A program made the position numbers and the translations under genes. Of a stretch of 64,000 nt of DNA, positions 12,837-26,037 are shown piece after piece. Source of the stretch: Octopus sinensis (Eukaryota); assembly GCF_006345805.1 (NCBI RefSeq), contig NC_043011.1, positions 33,368,464-33,432,463 of the forward strand, given 5' to 3'. The stretch's first letter is position 1, and each line of letters begins with the position of its first letter. The notes beneath the pieces are model-generated. The model had not been told where the DNA came from. It ran no database searches and worked only from the letters and a program-made list of their open reading frames with translations.

Positions 12837-13497
12837 CTTCTTTCTATTAATTCTTGACATGAGACCAACAGTTTTGAAGGGAGAGGATGAGTCAATTAAA
12901 CTGGTCCTAGTACTTGACCGGTACTTTATTTTATCAACCTCAAAAGGACAAAAGACAAAGTTGACTTCAACAGGAATAATAATAATAATGATAATAATTT
13001 CACATTTTGGCACAAAGCCAGCAATTTGGGGGTGAGTGGGTTAAGTTGATTATATCAACCCCTGTGTTCAACTGGTATTTATTTCATCAACCCAGGAAGG
13101 ACGACAGGCAGAGTCAACCATGGCAGAATTTGAACTCAGAATGTAGTGGCAGATGAAATACTGCTAAGCACTTCACCTGGCATGCTAATGATTCTGCCAC
13201 TTTTTTTTTTTTGTGGAGAATGGGTGAGTCAATTACATCAACCTCAGTGTTCAACTGATACTTATTTTATTGACCCCGAAAGGATAAAAGGTAACGTTGA
13301 CCTCAAACAATAATAATAATAAGAAGAATTTTTTTCTAATAATTCTTGACATGAGACTAGCAGGTTTTAAGGGAGATGATGAGTCAATTAAACTGGTCCC
13401 AGTGCTTGACTGGTACTTTATTTTATTGATCTCATAAGGATAAAAAGCAAAGTTGACTTCAGCAGGAATAATAATAATAATAATAATGATAATAATA
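12837..13497 (-). repeat. Local duplication of a truncated SINE E plus tail
   Basis: 12837-12998 and 13329-13497 share the same start (TAATTCTTGACATGAGAC) and the same truncation point (GACTTCA.CAGGAATAATAAT). Confidence 0.7.
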
Positions 13498-13818
13498 AGA
13501 GCAGTCAGAAAGTCCAAACCTCTGTCAATGCAACACCAGCATCAGTCAGAGATGATTTTTGAAATGAGAATATCTGAAATAAACTCAACTGCTCTCACAA
13601 ACAAGAATACTAAAACTGAACCCGAGCGCTCTCAAAATTAAGTAAAAAAACAGGAATCCCTGTTTGGTATGATCCCAAAATCTAATCAGTTTGTGCCTGT
13701 CACAAGGCCAAACATTCCTGAAAGTTTCATCAGAAGCCATCTAGCAGTTCTTGAGATATTTTGTCCACTGACAAACAAATATGACTGAAAACAATACCTC
13801 CGCCTTCGCTAAGGTGGA

Positions 13819-13823
<5 letters not shown>
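13497..13823 (+). mobile_element. Helentron/DINE-1-type non-autonomous element (HINE-like)
   Basis: 5' AAGAGCA..CAGA..AAACCTCTG subterminal repeat and 3' hairpin ACCTCCGCCTTCGCTAAGGTGGAGGT; no TSD seen; four copies in the window. Confidence 0.7.
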
Positions 13824-13851
<28 letters not shown>

Positions 13852-14709
13852 TTCAGAGCTTGGAGATATTTATATCTTTTTTTTTTTACATCACATAATA
13901 GAAAAAAAAATGCTTAATAAAAAATATATCTAAAATGAGATTTTAAAAAAGGTTATGAATCAGCTTATCCAGAGCAAAAATAAACTAAACTAAACAAAAA
14001 AAAAAACAATAAAAAAAAATTCACTAAAAGACCTGACATTTATGTGAATCATAGTAAAATCTTTACTAAAGGTACACACACAAATTGTATGAGAGAAATG
14101 AAGAAATAATTTCTCACGATTGGATGTGGTAGTGGTTGTGATGAATGTAGTTATGCCGAGTAATGTGGAGGGTGTTGAATAGAAGCTCTTGTGATTCAAT
14201 GATATTGTGTAATTTGGCTTCCGTGCACATATCCATCAGATTTTCTGTATGTGTGCATGTATGTATGTATTTATGTATATATATGTGTGTGTGGTGTGTG
14301 TGTGTTTGTGCTTATGGATTGCATTAATGGATGTGTGTATGCTATAACACACATACACAGTCATGCATACATACAGTATATTTGAATGTGTATTATATTT
14401 GTGGGTGTGCTTGCATGTGTATAGATACATTTGTCATTGTGTATTAATATGCTAAAGTATATACATGGATGCATATATAAATGACCGAGTATTTATATAG
14501 GTGTGCATAAGCATTATACATAGTTACATATATATACACACACATATGTGTATGTGAGTTTATATATGTGTGCGTGTGTGCGTGTGAGTGAGTGAATATG
14601 TACGTGTGGGTATGTGTGTGTGTTTGTAGATATTAATCCTATGGATGTTTAATAGAACTAGTATTTCTACCTACTTATTTTATGAGTCATATGTTACATA
14701 AAACACGTA

Positions 14710-14940
14710 CACACATTTATACATGCTCACACATTTATACATGCTCACACACACATTTATACATGCTCACACACACACATTTATACATGCTCATACACAT
14801 ACGCATTTATATATGCTCACACATACACATTTATACATGCTCACACACATTTATACATGCTCACACACACACATTTATACATGCTCACACACACATTTAT
14901 ATATGCTCACACACACACATATATACATGCCCACATACAC
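14710..14940 (+). repeat. Minisatellite, about 18-24-bp unit CACACATTTATACATGCT
   Basis: About 10 units with a variable (CA)n spacer, grading into (CA)n. Confidence 0.9.
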
Positions 14941-15476
14941 ATATATGTGTGCACACATGCACACACACATACACACACGCACGCACACACACACACACAC
15001 ACACACAACACACACACACACACAGTGAATACAAGAAACATCTAATCATTCAGATCTCAGATTGTTTGTTAAAACAGATGTATGTCAAAACTTATTAAAA
15101 GTTTTCTGTGCCAAACATTTTATTTGATATACTCTTTATTCATGCACATGTACATACTTCCATGTATTTATGGATGTGTAACCAAATTACATATCAAATA
15201 TATGTTAATATATATTCACATGCATGCATGTATGTGTGTGTATGCATGTATGCTCTAACTAAGGTACCCAACCCTTGCCAAGGTTCTAAAATTTGGCTTT
15301 TTAGTAGGTCAGAGCAAAAGAGAACCAACCAGCGCTAGATTAACCATTAAGCAAAATAAGTACATGCTTAGGGCATCAAGGGAAGTTGGGAGTGCTACAG
15401 AACTGGTAAATGGTTCCAATTGATCTAGTCAATGGAACAGCCTGCTTTTGAACTTAAACCATCAATGCCCAAATTT

Positions 15477-15837
15477 TTACCTCCGCCTTAGCGAGGGCAG
15501 AGGTATTGTTTTCAGTCATGTTTGTTTGTCCATGAACAAGATATCTCAAGAACAGCTGGATGGATTCAAATGAAACTTTCAGGATTGTTTGGCCTTATGA
15601 CTGGCACATACTGATTAGATTTGGGGATTTATCCGGTACTGGACAAGGACTCTTATTTTTCCTGTTTTTTTTTTACTTAATTTTTTAGTGCAGTTGGGTT
15701 CATTTTTAGTATTCTCGTTTGTGAGAGCAGTTGATTTTATTTCAGATATTCTCATTTTAAAAATCATCTCTGGCTAATCATTCAGAGGATGCTGGTGTTG
15801 CCTTGGCAGAGGTTTGCACTCTCTGAGTGTTCTTGTT
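15477..15837 (-). mobile_element. HINE-like element, copy 2
   Basis: Reverse complement of 13497-13823; terminal hairpin ACCTCCGCCTTAGCGAGGGCAGAGGT. Confidence 0.7.
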
Positions 15838-17113
15838 TTATTTGATTTATTACCAAAAATCTTTTTTTTTATACAACTTTATCTGATACCAAATATATAA
15901 AAAAAATAATATTTGAAAGACACTCCAGTTTTGATAACCAACTAAAGATATCTCAGAAAAATACAGCTGTTACAGAAATATGATGGATTATCCTTCTGGT
16001 CCTAAAAAAAGGACCATGGTCACTAATGGGTTGATGTACAGGTGGCTGAGCAGCTCATGGACATGCATAACCTTTCCATAGTTCTTCAAAGAGATTCAGC
16101 ATGGCACAAATTGTGACGAAGTCGACCTTTTGAAATTCTGGTACTACTCATTTTTGCCAGCTGAGTGGACTGGAAAAATGTGAAATAAAGAGTCTTGCTC
16201 AAGGACATAATGCACTATCAGGATTTGAGCTCATGACCTTACAATTGTGAGCCAAAATACATTAACCACAAAGCCACAACCTCACCATCCAAATGCTGTA
16301 ATTATCTGTGTGGAGATGTGCATAACTCAGTGCATACATACATGTTTAAGCATCTATACAGCTTACTTGCAAAAACACATGTGCTTGTCTGTCTGTATGT
16401 ATGTTTGTGTATGTAATTTGATGTAAATTTTTTCTTTGGTTTTAAATCCAGTTTCCCATAGTAAATATGGTTTGAGGGTGGTTTCTGTTAAGAGCAGACA
16501 GTCTCACTGTTTTATGACCTTTCCACATTAACCTTATTAACCTTTCGTTCATAACATATGACTGGAATGTAAAGATGGGTCAGATGAAGTAATGCAATTA
16601 AAGATATGTACCCAGCCCCAGGGAGGCATTAAAGTATTAACTCATAACTATGTGGTTTTAAATTTTCCACCACCTTAACCTCACGTTCACTACTCTTCTG
16701 CAGACTATAAGGCACTATTGGAATTTATTATCTAAATTTCAAATCAAGGCAGTAGCTTCTGCAGTCTAAAACCCCTTTATGATTACTAGATCTGCTAGAA
16801 ACAGCAGCTAAATATCATGTAAATCATAACCCAAAAAAGAAGGAAACATTGACACGTTGGATAATGTAGTCTAGGGACTAACCTTCTCAAAAGTGTTGAA
16901 ATTGTGCCTGAATTAGAAACACTTATTATTTAGGCAGCAAGATAGCAGGATCGTTAGTGCATTTCTTCCAGGTTTCTACATTCTGAGTTCAAATTCTGAC
17001 ATGGTTGACTTTGTCTTTCATTCTTTTGGCGTTGATGAAATAAGTACTGGGATCAATGTAATTGACTTCCCCTTCTTCTCTAAATCTGCTGACCCTGTGC
17101 CAAAATTTGAAAC

Positions 17114-17149
<36 letters not shown>

Positions 17150-17150
<1 letters not shown>

Positions 17151-17700
17151 GAGTGAGAGAGCAGCACATGCCATAAAAGTAACACTGGGGTATAAATATA
17201 TGAAGCCCGATATACCCATCATGACTACTCGTCTGATAAGGGTACGCCAGGAACATGCATCACAACTATATGTGCGCGATAAGGTAATCTCATATTAAGA
17301 TAAACAGTGCATAAACTTGCAGGTGGGGTCCAGTTAGAATTTTCTTCAGGTTGAGAAGCCCATCCTGCTCAAAAGGTTCCTGAATAAGGGTTGTTTAAAT
17401 ATGTTGAACGAAACACTCATGTTTCCAGAGGTGAATTATTTAAACCCCAAAGAATTTCTTTCAACACATGGCTATGATGCTCCCCCACTGCTTCTCCTTA
17501 TGATCAGAAATGTACACATCAGCCAATAAGGGACATGCTCAACTTGTTAAGGGCAAGAAACTAACAAGCAAATCTGTGGTATTGAGCAGAATATTTGCTG
17601 TAGCCCATCTTTTATACCAAAACAAAACATGTCGTGATAACACTTCCAATCAGTTAAGATCAGAAGCCATGAGAGCCACTGCCTGGTACTGCATCAGAGC
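17150..17700. mobile_element. Unclassified ~550-bp insertion inside a (TTA)n tract
   Basis: Complex sequence with sharp boundaries and long (TTA)n on both sides; no ORF, no TIR, no clear tRNA head. Confidence 0.5.
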
Positions 17701-17738
17701 ATTATTATTATCCTTATTATTATTATTATTATTATTAA

Positions 17739-17771
<33 letters not shown>

Positions 17772-18038
17772 CATCATTATTATTATTAAGGTGGCTAGCT
17801 GGAAGAGTCGTTAGCATGCCAGGCAAAATGCTTATCAGCATTCTGTCCGTCTTAATGTTTTGAATTCAAATTCTGCCTAGGTCAACTGTAACTTTCATCC
17901 CTTCAGAGTCAGTAAAATAAGTATCAGTTGAACACTAGGATAGATCTAATCGACTTGATCCCTCCTCCAAACTTGCCAAAATTTGAAGCCATTATTATTA
18001 TTATTATTATATTATTATTATTATTATTATCATTATTA

Positions 18039-20165
18039 CATTTTTTTTCTTCTTTCAAATTTGCTTCCATTTCTTGCCGAGTGTCTTCCCGACTCCTAGG
18101 GCAAAGAAACTCATAGTATACATTGGTAGGCCATGAAACCAAACTCAATAGTTCGTTCATTTTTTTTTTTTTTTTTTTTTAAGTTAAATTAAAATACATG
18201 AGCAGCAACAGTTCTCACATCGACAATGCTCTTCTCAATACGTGTGATGTACCAGTTAAGACAATCTTTTGCAATTCTTGCAGGGATGGTAAGCCAGGGA
18301 TCATTCTCATGTAATTTTCAGTTCCCTTCTTGATCATTCCTAGTGCTCCTACGATCACTGGTATTGTAACCGCCTTGAGATGCCACATTTTCTCAATTTC
18401 AATGAGTAGGTCTTTATATTTTCTGAGCTTGTCAAACTCTTTCGCTGAGATATTATGATCACAGGGGATGCTCATGTCGATCAATAAGCAAACTTTATTG
18501 TTTTGGTCTTTCACAACAATATCTGGTTTATTGGCCTTGATGGTTCGGTCTGTATGTACTGCAAAGTCCCACAGAATGGTTACATTTTCTCCTTCAGTTA
18601 CAGCCTCAGGGTGGTGATTATACCACTTGTTGGCAGTTTTGATATTGTAATGCCGACTTATTAGCCAGTGGAGATATTGGCCAACTCTGTCATGCCTTAA
18701 TTTATACTCCACTGGTGCTAAGACTTTGCATCCAAAGATTAGGTGGTCCACTGTTTCAATCATGTCGTTGCAGAATCAGCATTTTGGGTCTGCTCCATTT
18801 TTCATCACATTGGCCTGGTAGTTCCGGGTTAATAGGCTTTGATCTTGAGCAGCCAGGATGAAACCTTCGCTCTCTGCTTTTAGCCCTGAGCTCCGTAGCC
18901 ACTGATGGGTTTGCTTCTGGTCAACATCAGCTTGTTTGCTGCGGGTCACATATTTGCCGTGCAGAGGTTTCTCCTCCCACCTATCAGCCAATTGCTCGTG
19001 CGCTTTTTTCATTGCCATCATTTTCACCTTCTTTGCAACAATAGTTGCCGTACTTCCCTCGGGTTGTTCAGTTTGGGTATCCTGCACGAGATCAATAGCA
19101 AATTTTTTGCTTTCCTTTATGATAGAATGAAGCTTCTTTCGTCTCTCGTGATTTTCCACGAGCTTTAGCATCCAGTCATTCGATATTTCGAGATATTTGG
19201 CCAGTCCAATTGTGGTTGTTTTGTAAGCTAGTTCAAATTGGATCAGGCCTCGACCTCCTTGGGCTCTGGGAAGGTAAAGGCGATCTACGTCTGCCTTTGG
19301 GTGGTGCATCCTATTACAACTCAGCAGCTTGCGTATTTTCCTATCTATATTCTTTACTTCACTCATATTCCAGTTCAACACATTGTAGCTATAAGTAACA
19401 ACTGGAACTGCTAAGGAATTTATAGCTAACACCTTGTTACGTGCATTTAGTTCACATTTCAGGACTGCACGAACTCTCCTATAACATTCCTTCCTGATCT
19501 TCTCTTTCATGCTTGCATGCTGAATACCAGAGCCTTCATTTATCCCTAAATATTTGTATGTTTGTTCTTGCTCAAGCTCTCTTATGACTGTGTCAACATC
19601 TAACACGACTGAATTTGTGGTCTTCACTTTCCCTTTCTGCAAAGTGGCCTTGGCACACTTCTCAAGTCCAAACTCCATCCCGATGTCATCGCTGAATGCT
19701 TTCACGGTGCGCAATAGGCCTTCAAGTTCATTATTGTCTTTACCATAAAGTTTTAAGTCATCTATATAAAATAGATGGCTTATTTTTTTATTGGCAATTT
19801 TATACCCATACCTTGTTCTGTTTAATCCACTTGTAAGGGGTATTAGGGCTATGCAGAATATTAAAGGTGAAAGTGAGTCACCTTGAAAAATTCCACAGTT
19901 GATGTTTATATTTTCTGAGGCAAGTACTCCATTAGAGTGGTATAATTGGAGATTCGTATTCCACAACGACATATTGTGCTTCAGGAAGTTTGAAATCACA
20001 GGGGAAATTTTGAAGTTGTTCAGCGATCTCAAGATCCATGGATGCGGTATACTGTCGAAGGCCTTTTTATAGTCAATCCATGCGGTGCTGAGATTTCTGC
20101 GCTTGTTGTGACAGTTCTCAAGGATCATACGATTGATTAGCAGTTGATCTTTGCATCCGTAAGAG

Positions 20166-20166
<1 letters not shown>
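18039..20166 (-). mobile_element. R4/Dong-clade non-LTR retrotransposon, 5'-truncated, inserted in (TAA)n
   Basis: RT plus restriction-like endonuclease ORF, about 175-bp 3' UTR, microsatellite flanks on both sides. Confidence 0.9.
18215..20166 (-). pseudogene. Reverse transcriptase - CCHC knuckle - RLE endonuclease ORF with one premature stop
   Basis: Motifs WIDYKKAFDS, GIFQGDSLSP, LFYIDDLKLY, AAQDQ, C*FC..ETVDH...C, RHD, KPDIVV...IDMSIP, KYKDL, PVIVGALG. The two ORF-track pieces are in frame, split by TGA at 18776-18778 (likely CGA>TGA). Confidence 0.92.
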
Positions 20167-20206
<40 letters not shown>

Positions 20207-20211
<5 letters not shown>

Positions 20212-20575
20212 TCTGCCTTAGCAAAGGCAGAAGCATTGTTTTCAGTTGTGTTTATTTGTTTGTTTGTCCGTGGACGAGATATCTCAAGAACTGCTGAATG
20301 GATTCAGATGAAACTTTCAGAGATGTTTGGCCTCATGGGTGGCATGAACTGATTACATTTTGAGATCGATCTGGTTCTGGACAAAGATTCTGGATTATTT
20401 TTCCATTTTTTTCTCACTTAATTTTTGAGAGCGGTCAGGTTCATTTTTAGTATTCTCGTTTGTGAGAGCAGTCAAGTTTATTTCAGATATTCTCAATTTA
20501 AAAATCATCTCCAGCTAATCGTTGAGATGGCATTGGTGTTGCCTTGGTGGAGGTCTGTGCTCTCTCAGTTCTCTT
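20207..20575 (-). mobile_element. HINE-like element, copy 3
   Basis: Same family as 13497; sits in a (TTA)n tract. Confidence 0.7.
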
Positions 20576-20743
20576 ATTATTATTAAGGTGGCAAACTAAC
20601 AGAATCATTAGCACACCAGGCAAAATGCTTAGCAGTGTTCTGTCTGTCATTACATTCTGAGTTCAAAGACCACCAGGGTTGACCTTGTCTTTCATCCTTT
20701 CAATAAGTACTAACTGAGCACTGAGGTCAATGTAGTCGACTCA

Positions 20744-21150
20744 CATCATCATCATCATCATCGTTTAACGTACATTTTCCATGCTAGCATGGGTTGGACA
20801 GTTCGACCGGGGTCTGGGAAGCCAGGAGGCTGCACCAGGTTCCAGTCTGATCTGGCAGTGTTTCTACAGCTGGATGCCCTTCCTAATGCAAACCACTCCA
20901 TGAGTGTAGTGGGTGCTTTTTACGTGCCACCGGCACAGGTGCCAGGGGAGGCTGGCAATGGCCACAATCGGTTGGTGCTTTTTACGTGCCACTGGCAGGG
21001 AAGCCAGTCAAGGCAGTGCTGGCATCGGCCACGTTCGGATGGTGCTTTTTACGTGCCACCAGCACAGGTATCACAACTACAATTTCCATTTGATTTTTAT
21101 TTTGATGTTGATGTACTTGACTCAATAGGTCTCCTCAAGCACAGCTGGTC
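20744..21150 (-). mobile_element. RTE-related non-autonomous retroposon, copy 2
   Basis: Reverse complement of 8680-9085, nested in a SINE E copy. Confidence 0.7.
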
Positions 21151-21564
21151 TCCTCAAGTCACCTCCTCCCCAAAAATTTCAGGCCTTATGCCTATAGTAG
21201 AAAGGATTATTATTATCATTATCAAGTTGGCAAACTAGCAGAATGGTTAGTGCAGGAGACAAAATGCCTAACAGCATTTCTTCTGGCTCTTAATGTTCTC
21301 ATTTTAACTTCTGCTGAGGTCAACTTTGCAATTTATTCTTTTGTGGTTAATAAAATAAGTACCAGTCGAGTACTGGGGGCTGAAGGAATTGTCTATTATC
21401 TACACACATACTACTCCCCCCCCACTACCCCCAGAATTGCTTGCTTTGTGCCAAAATTTGAAAACATTATTATTGGAGAGCTGTGAACTGGCAAAATTGT
21501 TAGTGTTTCAGACCAAACACTTAGTGGTGTTTCTTCCAGCTCTCTTTACTCTCTACTGTGCCTG

Positions 21565-21982
21565 TTTTACTCTTTTACTTCTCTTTTACTTGTTTCAGTC
21601 ATTTGACTGTGGCCATGCTGGAGCACTGTCTTTATTCGAGCAAATCGACCCCAGGACTTATTCTTTGGAAGCCTAGTACTTATTCTATCGGACTCTTTGC
21701 TGAACCACTAAGTTACGGGGACGTAAACACACCAGCATCAGTTTTCAAGCGATGATGGAAGGAACAAACTCAGACACACAAACATACACACACAAACACA
21801 AACACACACACACACACACGACGGGCTTCTTTCAGTTTCCATCTACCAAATCCACTCACAAGGCTTTGGTCGGCCCGAGGCTATAGTAGAAGACACTTGC
21901 CCAAGGTGCCATGCAGTGGGATTGAACCCAGAACCATGTGGTTCGTAAGCAAGCTACTTACCACACAGCCACTCCTACGCCT
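21565..21982 (-). mobile_element. SINE family A (full length)
   Basis: tRNA head, internal (CA)n, tail TGCTCCAGCATGGCCACAGTCAAATGACTGAAACAAGTAAAAG. Confidence 0.9.
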
Positions 21983-22205
21983 CTGTAGATTTTGAGTTCA
22001 AATCTCAAGATCAACTACACCTTTCATCTTTTTGCAGTTGATGAAATGAAGAAACAGACAAATACTTGAGTTGATGTAAATGACTACCTTCCTGGGCCCT
22101 TAAAAAAATCTATCACCTCCTGGTTAGGTTGGTTTTTTATTATGACCTTAGTTTTGCTGCTGTGACCTTGGTTTCTATTAAGACCAGAACCCAGTAAGAA
22201 GAAGC

Positions 22206-22500
22206 TTGAAGGCAATTGATTTTTATGATATGACCTTCAACTTAGAATCTCATGCTTATCAGCCCTTTAGAAAGCCAAACATTAATACAGCTATAGTGTT
22301 CAGAAACCTGATTAAGAGGGTCAGCGGAAGAATCTCTAACCTGTTTTCAAGTAAAAAGGTTTCTGATGCTGTGACCCTGTACTGCAACATGGCCCTGGCT
22401 GCCAGTAGATTTAAGGTTAGAATCAGTTTCACACCCAATCTTAACCCTATCAAGAGAAAAATGCCACTGGAAAATCATGTAGTTCACACACCCTTTCTTA
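22206..22500 (+). pseudogene. Penelope-like element reverse transcriptase remnant
   Basis: IDFYDMTFNL..HAYQPFRKPN...RISNLFSSKKV...YCNMALAASRF resembles the PLE RT C-terminal region (FLDVTFNL..YxPYRKPN...RRIS..SS...YN.AL..SG). Confidence 0.65.
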
Positions 22501-22505
22501 ATATA

Positions 22506-23079
22506 TTGGGTTGTCCGGAAAGTTTGTGCCGATTTATAGTAGTTTACCTTTCGACTTATTTTAGAACCTGGTTGAGTCCATAAAATAGGATTTGACTACT
22601 CATCCATTTAAAGGACAGTTTAAGCTATCTTTTCGTGGAAGAAAGTTTATGTTCCTATAACCTGTGTTAATTCTGTAACCCTTTAAAATGGAAGATAAGA
22701 AAGTTCATTTTCGGCACTTGATGCTTTGGGAACCAGACAAAAATTGCTGCAGCTCGGCTGGGATGTGTTACCCCACCTCCCATAGTCACCAGATATTGCT
22801 CCTTCAGATATCCACTTACTCAGGTCTCTGCAGAATAGTCTTAATGGTAAAACTCTCAATTCCTTGGATGATGTAAAAAGATACCTTGATGAATTCTTTG
22901 CCATGAAACCACCTCAATTCTGGGAAGAGGATATTTTCAAGTTAAAGGAAAGATGGAGATACATTATGCAACAAAATGGTTCATATTTGGCTGATTAAAA
23001 ATGTAATGGCAAGTATTTATTGACCTTTAAAATCGGCATGATCCTTTAAAAATCGGCACGAACTTTCCAGACAACCCAA
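22506..23079 (+). mobile_element. Internally deleted mariner element
   Basis: TIRs TTGGGTTGTCCGGAAAGTT / AACTTTCCAGACAACCCAA with TA TSD; transposase N-terminus (MEDKKVHFRH) fused to a C-terminal part (LGWDVLPH..SPDIAPSD...ERW). Confidence 0.9.
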
Positions 23080-23889
23080 TATAATATACACTCATTAAGG
23101 CAGCTAGCCAGCAAAACTGTTAGCATGCCAGGCAAAATACTTAATGGCATTTCATCCGTTTTTATGCTCTGAGTTCAAAACCCACCAAAGTCGACTTTGC
23201 CTTTTATGTTTTGGGGTTGATAAATTAAGACCCGTTGAGCACTGGAGTTAATGTAACTGATTTGCCCCAATCCCCAAAATTACTGGCCTTATGCCAAAAA
23301 CTGAAGCCAATATTAATATACCCATTCTATTGACAAATATACAAATCCCTGTTTTTTTCTGACTTACAAGCTTTTAGATGATGAAATAAATAAATATATA
23401 TATATATATAAACAGACCTCTTTCAGTTTCCATCTAGCAAATATGCCTACAAAGCATTGGTTAGCCTCAGGCTATAGTAGAATGTACCTACACACAGATT
23501 GAACCTGAAACAGCAGGGTTCAAAACAAACTTCTTAATCACAGTCATACCCGCACACATGAGCTATACCTTCACACATACAGAAAGTTTATGTATTTTTT
23601 TTTTTGGCAGATTCTTGTTGGATAATCATGTGTTGAAATAAACATTATTGGACATTTTTTTTGAAGGTGCAACTTACATTCTACCAGTTAGACACATGAC
23701 TGACTGTATTTCATTCTGCTTTTATTATCAATTAATTACCATACATGCAAGCATACACATATACATTTTTAATTATAAATACACATACACCAAAATATAC
23801 TCCATTGCTATTTCCTAAATTGGTGTTGTTAGTGTTCACTGCACCTGAAAATTGGCATGCATGCATGCATGTCTCTATGCACACACACA

Positions 23890-23936
<47 letters not shown>

Positions 23937-24377
23937 TAGATAGATAGATATACACACACACATTGTGTGCTTGTGTATATAGACATACTGCTCTGCTTGA
24001 ATGGCCATGATTGTGCAAGTACCACTTATCATTGAAGAGATTCTACAGTTGTTGGCATGGCATTCTGTTGCAAATATAAGAGACATGAATCAACAGAGAT
24101 GCATGTGGAACACTTACCAATACAGTAGAACCTTTTAAATCATAAACAGTACATGCAGAAATGACCACTGAAGCAGAACAGACCAGTTTATCCTTACACA
24201 CACCTTTCTATCTATCTGTATTTTTATATACATATATATATATATGTGTGTGTTTGTGTGTGTGTGTGTGTGTGTAATTATGTGTTGCTATTATGCCTTC
24301 CAGATTAGATCAGCCAGACGGTGTATGTGTATATGATTGATAAGCTGGACCTAGTATTTGTGTAAGTATGTATCCAT

Positions 24378-24543
24378 AGGCGCAGGAGTGTCTGTGTGGT
24401 AAGTAGTTTGCTTACGAACCTCATGGTTCCAGGTTCAGTCCCACTGCTTGACACCTTGGGCAAGTGTCTTCTACTATAGCCTTGAGCCAACCAAAGCCTT
24501 GTGAATGGATTTGGTAGATGGAAACTGAAAGAAGCCCGTCGTA

Positions 24544-24587
<44 letters not shown>

Positions 24588-25248
24588 CATGTATGTATGT
24601 ATATGTTTGTGTGTCTGTGTTCGTCTCTCCAAAATTGCTTGACAACCGATGCTGGGGTGTTTACGTCCACATCATTTAGCAGTTCGGCAAGTGAGACCGA
24701 TAAAATAAGTACTAGGCTTACAAAGAATAAGTCCTGGGGTCGATTTTCTCAACTAAAGGCGGTGCTCCAGCATGGCCACAATCAAATGACTGAAACAAAT
24801 AAAAGATAAAAGATTACAGCACAATACATGTACACAAAAATATTTATACATACAGATGTAGCTGTGTAGTAAGAAGCTTGCTTCACAACCTCATGGTTCC
24901 AAGTTTGGTCCCACTGTGTGACACCTTGGGCGAGTGTCTTCTGTGATCACCTCAGGCTGACCAAAGACTTGTGAGTGAATTTGGTAGATAGAAACTGGAA
25001 GAAGCCTGTTGTATATTTATGTGCCCATATATATTTGTGTGTCTGTCTGTGTTTGTCCCCTTGTCATCGCTTAACAACTGAAGCTGGTGTGTTTATGTCC
25101 CCACAACTTAGCAGTTCAGCAAAAGAGACTGATAGAACAAGTACTAGGCTTACAAAGAATAAGTCCTGGGGTCGATTTCTTCAACTAAAATCTTTTTAGG
25201 TGGTTCTTCAGCATGGCTGCAGTCAAATGACTGAAACAAGTAAAAGAG
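24378..25248 (+). mobile_element. Two tandem SINE family A copies (24378-24812, 24855-25248)
   Basis: Each has the tRNA head, an internal microsatellite and the shared tail. Confidence 0.88.
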
Positions 25249-26037
25249 ATCTCTTTTGGTTTCAATGATATGTTCCAGTTGTGTGATCAACTGAACACTG
25301 CACTCACTGGATTAGCTTTAAGGCAGTTGAGTATTCCACAGACACGTGTATAATAGCGTCATATAATGTCACACAGTGTGTTTGATATGAGTAGCCATTG
25401 ACAATTCAACAGTCTATCTGATGAAGTTTCACAAAGGTTGCAGCTTTGCAGTTTTTCTCACAGTACTTGGATTGTCTTGAGGTTATGATGAATGACAATT
25501 ACATTAGATACCACACAATGGAGTTGAAACTGGAACCTCACGAATGCAAGGTGAACTTCTTAACTACTTGGTCATGCCTGCATCTTTCTGGGTGTGTGTA
25601 ATTGCACACATACAGACACATACATTTTTCTCTTTCTATTTCATTGTGTTCTCTTCACCGTGTCTGTACACATGCAATTGTATGCATGTATATATACACA
25701 TCCTCAACCACACATACACATGCACACAATGCATGAATATATATATATATAAATAGGTGTAGGCATGGTTGTGTGGTTAAGAAGCTAATTTTGCAACTGT
25801 GTGGTTTCTGCTTCAGGCACAGCATTGGTTTGTTTACATCCTTGTAACTTGGAGTTCTTGCAAAAGGTATTGATAGAATAAGTACCACACTTAAAAAGAT
25901 AAGTACTGAGGTTGACTGTAACAAGTAAAATAAACTATGAAGAAACAGAAAAACCTTAATAAGCTATACATGTATATATGTGTGTGTGTATGTGTATATA
26001 TGTGTGTTTGTGTGTGTATATATATTGATATATATAC

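Noticed and set aside
14682-15098. His/Thr-rich ORFs and a superficially CRISPR-like periodic repeat
   Set aside because: Minisatellite with (CA)n spacers, no unique spacers, no cas genes, eukaryotic context.
20789-21238. 149-aa ORF similar to ORFs at 8658-8968
   Set aside because: The similarity comes from two copies of a non-coding repeat.
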